A stretch of DNA of 64,000 nt from the human T2T-CHM13v2.0 reference genome, Homo sapiens, in NCBI RefSeq assembly GCF_009914755.1, contig NC_060948.1; one strand, written 5' to 3'. The notes below the pieces were generated by a model. It saw only the letters and a list, made by a program, of their open reading frames with translations. It did no database searches and was not told the origin of the DNA. Below, in pieces: positions 55,301 through 64,000 of the stretch; the first letter of the stretch is position 1, and the number at the start of each line of letters is the position of its first letter. The translations under genes were made by a program, and so were the position numbers.

Positions 55301-58300
55301 CACTTTACTCCACTGCACTCCAATCCAATCCACTCCACTCCTTTTCATTCCATTCCATTCCATTCCTTTCCATTGCACTCCATTCCATTCCATTCCTTTC
55401 AACCCCATTCCGTTACATTACTGTCCACTCCACTCCACTCCACTCCACCCCAATCCAATCCCTTCCACTCCACTACAGTCCACTCCACTCTATTCCACTC
55501 CACTCCAATCCACTCAATTCCACTTCATTCCATTCCACTCCACTCCATTCCATTCCATTCTAGTACATTCCATTCCATTGTTCTATGTCGACTGGATCTC
55601 ACTCCGTCACCCAGACTGAAGTGCAGTGGCACAATCTAAGCTCACATTTCATTTCGCCCCTCCATTCCATTCCATTCCGTTCCACTGCTCTTGGATCCGC
55701 TCCGCTCCACTACCCTCCACTTAACTCCACTCCACTCTGTTCCAGACCATTCCATTCTGTTCCATTCCATTCCATTCCACTCCACTCCATTCCATTCCAC
55801 TCCATTTCTGTCCATTCCACTCCAGTCCACTCCATTCCATTCCATTTCATTCCATGCCTCTGCACTCCGATCCACTCCACTCAACTCCACTGCACTCTTC
55901 ACCTCTTTGTTCCATTCCATTCTGTTCTATTCCCTTCCTTACCATTCTATTCCATTCCATTTCATTCCACTCCACTCGATTCCACTCCACTCCATTTCAC
56001 TCCATTCCACTCAATTCCACTCCACTCTACTCTACTCCACTACACCCAATTCCATTCTACTCCATTTCATTCCATTCCACTGCATTCCATTTGATTCCAT
56101 TCCACTCCATTCCACTTCATTCCTTTCCACTCCACTCCACTCCATTCCACTCCATTCCATTGCCCACCACTCCATTACAATACATTCTATTCCATTCCAT
56201 TCCATTCGTTTATTGCATCTGGAACTCACTTTGTCACAGAGACTGGAGTGCAGTGGCACAATCATAGCTGACATTTCATTTCACCTTTCCGTTTCATTCC
56301 ATTCTATTCCATTCCATTGCATTCCATTCCCTTCCATTCCACTCCACTCCATTCCACCTCATTCCACTCTACTCCGATCCACTCCACTCCACTCCACCCC
56401 GTTCCATTCCATTCCGTTCCATTCCATTCCATTCCGTTCCATTCGATTGCATTCAACATCACTCCATTCCACTCCACTCCACTCAATTCAACTCCAGTCC
56501 ACTCCACTTCATTCCTTTCCACTCCACTCCACCCCACTCCACTCCACTCCTTTCCATTGCACTCCATTCCACTCCATTCCACTCCAATCCACTCCTTTTC
56601 ATTTCATTTCACTCCATTCTGTTCCACTCCATTCCTCTCCAGTCCACTTCATTCCACCCCTTTCCACTCCATTCCACCCCAATCCACTCCATTCCACTCC
56701 ACTACACTCCATTTCATTCCACTACACTCCTTTTCATTCCTTTCCCTTCCACTCCTTTCCACTCCATTCCATTCCATCCCATTCTATTCCACTCAAGTCC
56801 ACTCCATTCAACTCCACTCCACTCCATTCCACTCCATTCCATTCCATTTCATGCCATTCTACCCCATTCCATTAAATTCCATTCCACTCCATTCCCCTCC
56901 ATTCCACTCTCTTCCACTCCATTCCATTCCATTCCACTCCACTCCTTTCCAATCCGTTCCAATACATTTCATTCCACTCCACTCCACTCCTCTCCATTCC
57001 ACTATTCCACTCCAGTTCCTTTTACTCAACTCCATTCAACTCCTTTTGACTCCACTCCAGTCCACTTCTTTCCTTTCCATTCCACTACATTCCTCTGCAG
57101 TCCACTTTACTCCATTGCATTCCACTCCACTCCAATCCATTACACTCCACTCCTCTCCACTCCCCTCCATCCCATTCCACTCCTTTTCAGTCCAATCCAC
57201 TCCACTACATTCCTATCCATGACACTCCATTTCACTCTACTCCACTCCTCTCCAGTCCACTACATTCCAATACACTCCAATCCATTCATCTCCACTCCAT
57301 TACATTCAACTCTACTGCATTCCATTCCATTTCACTTCATTCCATTCCGTTCCTTTTGACTGCATTCCATTCCACTGCATTCCATTCCACTCTACTCCTT
57401 TACATTCCATGCCATTCCATTGTATTCCATTCAATTTCATTCCATTCCATTCCATTCCACTACATTCCCTTACACTTCATTCCATTCCATTCAACTCCAT
57501 TCCATTCCACTCCACTCCACTGCACTCCGCGCCACTCCATTGCACTCCACTCCCCTCCACCCCAATCGACTCCCATTCAGTCCATTTCTTTCCACTCTTT
57601 TCCACTCCATTCCCCTGCATTCCACTCCAATCCAATCCACTCAACACCAATCCACTTCCCTCCATTATATTCCATTCCACTACTTTCCATTCCATTGCAC
57701 TCCATTCCATTTTATTCCATTCCATTGCACTCCATTCCACTACCCTTCATTCCTCTCCACTCAATTCCAATCCATTTCACTCCATTGCATTCCGCTCCAC
57801 TCCATTCCATTCCCTTCTACTCCCTTCATTCCATTATTTATTTCGACTATATCTCACTCTGTTACCCAGACGGGAGTGCAGTGGCACAATCTTAGCTCAC
57901 ATTTTATTTCATCATTTGATCCCATTCCATTTCATTCCATTCCACTCCATTCCATTCCATTCCAATCCACTCCACACTACTCCACTCAACAGCAATCCAC
58001 TCCACTCCATTCCGTTCCACTCTATTCCATTCCATTGCATTGCATTCCATTCCTTTCCATTCCATTCTATTCCATTCCATTGCACTTCATTCCACTACCC
58101 TTCCTTCCACTCCATTCCAATCCAATCCATTCCACTCCTTTACACTCTATTTCATTCTGCTCCACTCCATTCCATTGCCTTCTATTCCATTCTTTATTTT
58201 GACTGGATCTCACTCTGTCACCCAGACTGGGGTGCAGTGGCATAATCTTAGCTCACATTTCATTTCATCATTCAATTCCATTCCATTTCATTCCGTTCCC

Positions 58301-61300
58301 CTCCATTCCCTTCCATTCCAGTCCACTCCACACCACTCCACTCCACTCTACTCCATTCCATTCCATTCCATTCCCATCCTTTCCATTCCATTCCTTTCCA
58401 CTGCACTGCGATCCAATCCACTCAACTCCACTTCTCTGCAATCAACTCTAGTCTGTTCCGTTCCATTCCATTCCTTTCCATTCCATTCCATTCCACTCCA
58501 CTCCATTCCACTCAACTCCACTGCACTCCACTCTACTCCATTCCCTTCCATTCCATTCCACTGTACTCTTATCCGCTCCACTCAACTCCACTCTACTGAA
58601 CTCCACTCCATTCAATTCTGTTCCATTCCCTACCATTCCATTCCATTCCACTTCATTCCATTGCACTCCACTCCACTCCATTCCACACCATTCCACTCCA
58701 TTCCACTCCACTCAATTCCACTCCACTACATTCCACTCCACTACACTCCATTGCATTCCATTCTATTCCATTCCACTACATTACATTCTATTCCACTCTA
58801 TTCCATTATATTACATTCCTTTATTTCGAATGGATCTCACTCTGTCACCCATATTGGAGTGCACAATCTTAACTCATTATTCATTTCACCATTCCATCCA
58901 TTGCATTGCATTCCATTCTATTCTGTTGCATTCCATTCCTTTCCATTCCATTCCATTTCATTCCTTTGCATTGCATTGCATTCCATTCCATTCCATTCTA
59001 TTCCGTTGCATTCCATTCCATTCCTTTCCATACCATGCTAATCCATTCCATTCCATGTCATTCCAGTCCACTCCACTTCACTTCTCTCCATTCCATTCCA
59101 TTCAATTCTCTTCCACTGAACACCGATCCAGTCCACTCCACTCCACTCCACTCCATGGCATTCTTTTCCGTTCCATTCCATTCCACACCACTCCATTCCA
59201 TCCCACTCCATTTCCCTCCATTCAACTCCACTCCACTCCATTCCTCTTCTCTCCATTTCACTACACAAAATTTCACTCCATTCCTTTCCATTCCATTCCG
59301 TTCCACAGCACTCGGATCAACTCCATTCAACTCCACTCCACTCCACTCCACTACATTGAATTCCATTCCGTTCTTTTCAGTTCCATTCCACTAAATTCCA
59401 TTACACTCCACTCCCTTCCACTCCTCTCCATTTCAATCCATTACATTTCATTATATTCCGTTCCACTCCACTCCACTCAACCCTCCACTCCAATCCATTC
59501 AATTCCACTCCACTCCACTCCAATCCATTCCATTCCAATCCATACCACTCCGTTAAACTCGACTCCATTCCACTCCACTCCATTCCACTTCGTTCCATTC
59601 CATTCCATTCTATTCCACTCCATTCTTCTCCTCTCCATGCCATTCCATTTTCCTCCATTCCACTCCATTCCTTCATTTTGACTGGATCCCAATCTGTCAC
59701 CCAGACTGGAGTGCAGAGGTACAATCTTAGTTCACATTTCATTTCTTTCTATTCCATTCCATTCCTTTCCACTGCATTCCTTTCCCTTCCTCTCCATTCC
59801 ATTCCATTCCACTCTACTCCACTCCACTCGACTACACTTCATTCCATTCAATTCCACTACCCTCCATTCCATTCCATTCCACTCCTTTCTACTACACTCC
59901 ACCACACTACACTCCATTCCATCACATTACATTCCACAGCACTGGTATCCACTTCAATCAACTCCACTCCACTCCACTCAGTTGTGTTCCATTCCCTTCC
60001 CCTCCATTACATTCCATTCCACTCCACTCCATTTCACTCCATTCCACTCCATTCAACTCCACTCATCTCCACGCCATTCCACTATATTTCATACCATTCC
60101 CCTTCATTCATTTCAATTCCATTCCCCTCCCTGCCACTTCTTTCTACTCCGCTCCATTCCACTCAACTCCATTCCGCTCCATTCCATTCCTTTCCACTCC
60201 ACTTCACTCTATTCCACTCCAATCCATTCCACTACACTACATTCCATTCCATTCCACTATAATCCGATCCACTTCACTCCACTCCACTCCTCTGCACTTC
60301 GTTCCATTCTTTTCTGTTCCCTTCTGTTTCATTCCGTTCCATTCCGCTCAATTCCATTCCACTTCACTCCATTCAATGCCACTCCATTTCAATAAATCCC
60401 ACTCCATTTCAATAAATTCCACTTCATTCCTCTCCAATCCACTCCACTCCACTTCACTCCACTTCATTCCATTCCACTACACTCCATTCCATTCCGTTTT
60501 ACTCCTTTCTATTCCATTCCTTTATTTCGACTGAGTCTCACTCTGTCACCCAGACTGGAGTGCAGTGGCACAATCTTAGCTAACATTTCATTTCACCATT
60601 CCATTCCATTCCATTCCATTCCATTCCATTCCATTCCATTGCATTCCATCCCACTCAACTCAACTCCACTGCATTCCATTCCACTCCCTTCCATTCCATT
60701 CCATTCCATTCCAGTACAGTCAAGTGTAATCGTATCCACTTCACTCAACTCCACTCCACTGCACTCCGTTCCGTTCCATTCCATACCATTCCTTTACATT
60801 CCATTCCATTCCACCCCACTCCATTCCATTCCACTTCATTAAAATGCATTACACTCCAATCCACTGCACTATACTCTACTTCATTCCACTCCATTCCATT
60901 CCATTGTACTGCACTCTGATCCACTCCACTCATCTCCACCCCACTGCACTCCCATCAACTCCATTCCAATTTGTTCCATTCCATTCCATTCTCTTTCATT
61001 CCATTGCATTCCCCTCCACTCCATTCCACTCCACTGTATTTCACTCGTTCCTCTCCTTTCAACACCACTCCACTCCAATCCACTCCACTCCATTCCACTC
61101 CATTCCATTCCAATCCACTCCATTCTATTCCTCTGCAGCCCACTCCATTCTATTGCACTCCATCCCATTCCACTCCAATCATTTCCACTCCACTTCATTC
61201 CAATTCACTCCATTCCACTCCACTCCATTCCAGTCCACTCCAATCCCTTCCAATCCACTCCACTCCATTCCAGTCCACTCCATTCCACTCCTTTCCACTA

Positions 61301-64000
61301 CATTCCATTCCACTCCACTCCATTCCAGTCCATTCCATTCCACTCCACTCCATTCCATTCCATTCCATTCCATTCCATTCCATTCCATTCCATTCCATTC
61401 CATTCCAATCCATTCAATTCCATTCCTTTATTTCGACTGGACCTCACTCTGTAACACAGACTGTAGTGCAGAGGCCAAATCTTAGCTCAGATTTCATTTC
61501 AATATTCTATTCCACTTCATTTGATTCCATTCCATTCCATTTTATTCCACTCGACTCCACACCACTTCTATCGACACCATTTCATTCCACTCCATTCTAT
61601 TCCATTTCACTCCATTCTATTCAACTCCATTCCACTACATTACACTTCACTCCATTTCACTCAACTGCATTCCACTACTCTCTACTCCATTCCAATTCAT
61701 TCCATTCAATTTCACTCCATTCCTTTGCACTCCACTACATTCCACTCCACTCCATTTCACTCCACTCCACTCCATTGCCCTCCACTCCACTCCACTCAAT
61801 TCCAATCTACTCCACTTCACTCACTCCATTCCATTCCACTCCATTCCATTCCATTTCACTCCATCCCATTCCACTCCACCCATTCCATTCCACTCTACTC
61901 CAGTAGACTTAACTCTAATCCACTCCACTTCACTGCACTCCGTTCCATCCCAGTCCATTCCATAACATTCCATTCCGTTCCATTCCTTTCCATTCCACTG
62001 CACTTTGATCCACTCCACTCAACTCCACTCCACTCCAATCCACTCTGTTCTGTCGCATTCCATTCCATTCTTTTAGATTCCATTCCATTCTGTCGCATTC
62101 CTTTCCATTCTGTTAGATTCCATTCCATTCTGTTCAATTCCATTCCATTCCACTTCACTCCATTCCATTCCAAGCCATTCCACTCCATTCCGCTCTACTC
62201 CCCTCCAATCCATTCCACTCCACTCCACTCCATTCCATTCCATTCCCAACCATTCCACTGAACTCTGATCCACTCCACTCAAATCCACTGCATTCTACTC
62301 CACTCCATTTTGTAACATTCCGTTCTGTTTCAGTCTGTTCTATTCCATTCTGTCCAATTCCATTCCATTCTGTTCCATTCCATTACATTCCATTGCATTC
62401 CACTGCAGTGTGATCCTCTCCACTGAATTCCACTCCACTCCAATCCACTCCACCCTGTTCCGTTCCATTCCATTCCATTCCAATCCATTCCCTTCCATTC
62501 TGTTCCATTCCAATCTATTCTAATCCACTGAATTCCATTCCACTCCACTCCACTGCACTCCACTCCAATCCACTGCACTTCATTCCATTCCATTCTTTTC
62601 CATTTCATTCCATTCAATTTCACTTCATTCCATTGCATTCCATTCCACTCCATTCCATTCCATTACCCTCCACTGCACTCCACTCCATCCAACTCCACTC
62701 CATTCCACCGAACTCCATTCCACTCCACTCAATTCCACTCCACTCCACTCCATTCCATTCATCTCTGCTCAATTGCGTTCCATTCTACTACATTGCCTTC
62801 CCTTCCTTTATTTCGACTGGATCTCACTCTCTCACCCAGACTGAAGTGCGTGGCATAATTTTAGCTCACATTTCATTTCGTCCTTCTATTCCATTCCATT
62901 ACATTCCATTTCACTCCATTCCATTCCACTGCATGCAACTCAATACCACTCCATTCGGCTCCACTCCATATCACTCGACTGTATTCTACTCCACTCCACT
63001 CCATTCCACACACTTGCTTTACAATCCAATCCATGCCATTCCCTTCTACTCAATTCCATTTCATTCCTCTATTTTGACCAGGTCTAACTCTGTCATTCAG
63101 ACTGGGATTCAGTGGCACAACCTAAGCTCACGTTTTCTTTCACAATTCCATTCCATTCCATTCCATTCCATTCCATTCCATTCCATTCCATTCCACTCCA
63201 CTGCACTCCAATCAATTCCATTCCACTCCACTCCATTCCATTCCAATCCATTCCATTCCACTGCACTCTGATACACTCCATTCAAATCCACTCCACTCCA
63301 TTCCACTCCGTGCTGTTCTGCTCCATTCCATTCCATTACATTCCACTCAATTCCAGTCCACTCCACTCCACTCTACTCAAGTCCACTCTACTCCACTCCA
63401 CAGCACTCCTCTCCACTCCACTCCATTCCAGTCCATTCCACTCCACTCAACTCCATTCCATTCCACTCTATTACATTCCATTCCACTGCACTCCGATCCA
63501 CTCCACTCAACTCTAATCCACTCCACTTTACTCCACTCCGTTTTTTTCCATTCCATTCTGTTCCAATCCATTCCATTCCATTCCATTCCATTCCACTCCA
63601 TTCCATTTAATTCCACTGTACTCCAATCCACTCCACTCCACTCCATTCTATACCATTCCATTCCACTTTACCCCGGTCAACTCCAGTCAACTCCACTCCA
63701 CCCCACTCCATTCCTTTCCAGTCCGTTCCATTCCTTTCCACTCTACTCCATTTCACTCCACTCCATTCCACTCAACACCATTCCACTCCACTCCATTCCA
63801 TTCCATTTCATTCTACTCCATTCCATTCCTTTCCATTACTTCCACTGGATCGCACTCTGTCACCCATACTGCAGTACAGTGGAACAATCTTAGCTCACCT
63901 TTCATTTCACCATTCCATTCCATTCCATTCTATTCCTAACCAATCCACACCACACAACTCCACTGAATTCCACTCCAGTCCGTTCTTTTCCGTTCTATTC

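Larger units (their letters stand above)
47772..63898 (-). mobile_element. ~22 dispersed copies of the same Alu 3'-end fragment (antisense) in the right HSat3 arm; span given, not continuous
   Basis: Approximate starts: 47772, 48726, 49551, 49744, 50354, 50638, 50969, 51561, 52343, 53274, 54194, 55590, 56217, 57845, 58201, 58828, 59680, 60529, 61435, 62815, 63076, 63843. All have the same orientation and the same boundaries. Confidence 0.9.
47020..64000 (+). repeat. Satellite III-type (HSat3) array, right arm, with interspersed Alu fragments
   Basis: Same CATTC/CACTC pentamer composition, strand and Alu-fragment linkers as the left arm. Runs off the end of the window. Confidence 0.95.

Noticed and set aside
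46944-63661. Similar low-complexity ORFs in the right arm
   Set aside because: Same pentamer translation artefact.
256-63898. CRISPR-like look of a conserved ~55 bp repeat separated by variable spacers
   Set aside because: The repeat is an Alu fragment, the spacers are 0.1-4 kb of satellite rather than unique 25-45 bp sequences, there are no cas genes, and the context is primate.
256-63898. Independent or active Alu insertions
   Set aside because: There is no left arm, Pol III A/B boxes or individual target-site duplications. Shared breakpoints and mutations indicate passive co-amplification.
1-64000. Assignment to a specific species, chromosome or HSat3 subfamily, and specific HSF1 sites
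   Set aside because: HSat3 next to beta satellite occurs at several hominid loci and cannot be resolved without alignment. GAA-containing pentamers are everywhere on the minus strand, so individual regulatory sites cannot be supported.

Overview
The window is entirely primate-type (human/great-ape-like) heterochromatic satellite DNA, with no credible protein-coding or RNA gene. It has three parts. (1) Positions 1-26180 are a diverged Satellite III-type (HSat3) pentamer array, (CATTC)n mixed with CACTC, C-rich on the + strand. (2) Positions 26181-47019 are a ~20.8 kb beta-satellite array (68-69 bp monomer, ~300 copies). (3) Positions 47020-64000 are HSat3 again, in the same orientation. Both HSat3 arms are punctuated by about 54 copies (manual count) of one ~55-60 bp antisense Alu 3'-end fragment that was amplified as part of the repeat unit. 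The beta array holds a ~4.6 kb reverse-oriented block that looks inserted between two normally adjacent monomers, a single inverted monomer, and degenerate multi-monomer cassettes. All listed ORFs are translation artefacts of the repeats. I found no new gene system; the interesting signals are structural. Coordinates were read by eye and boundaries may be off by a few bases.
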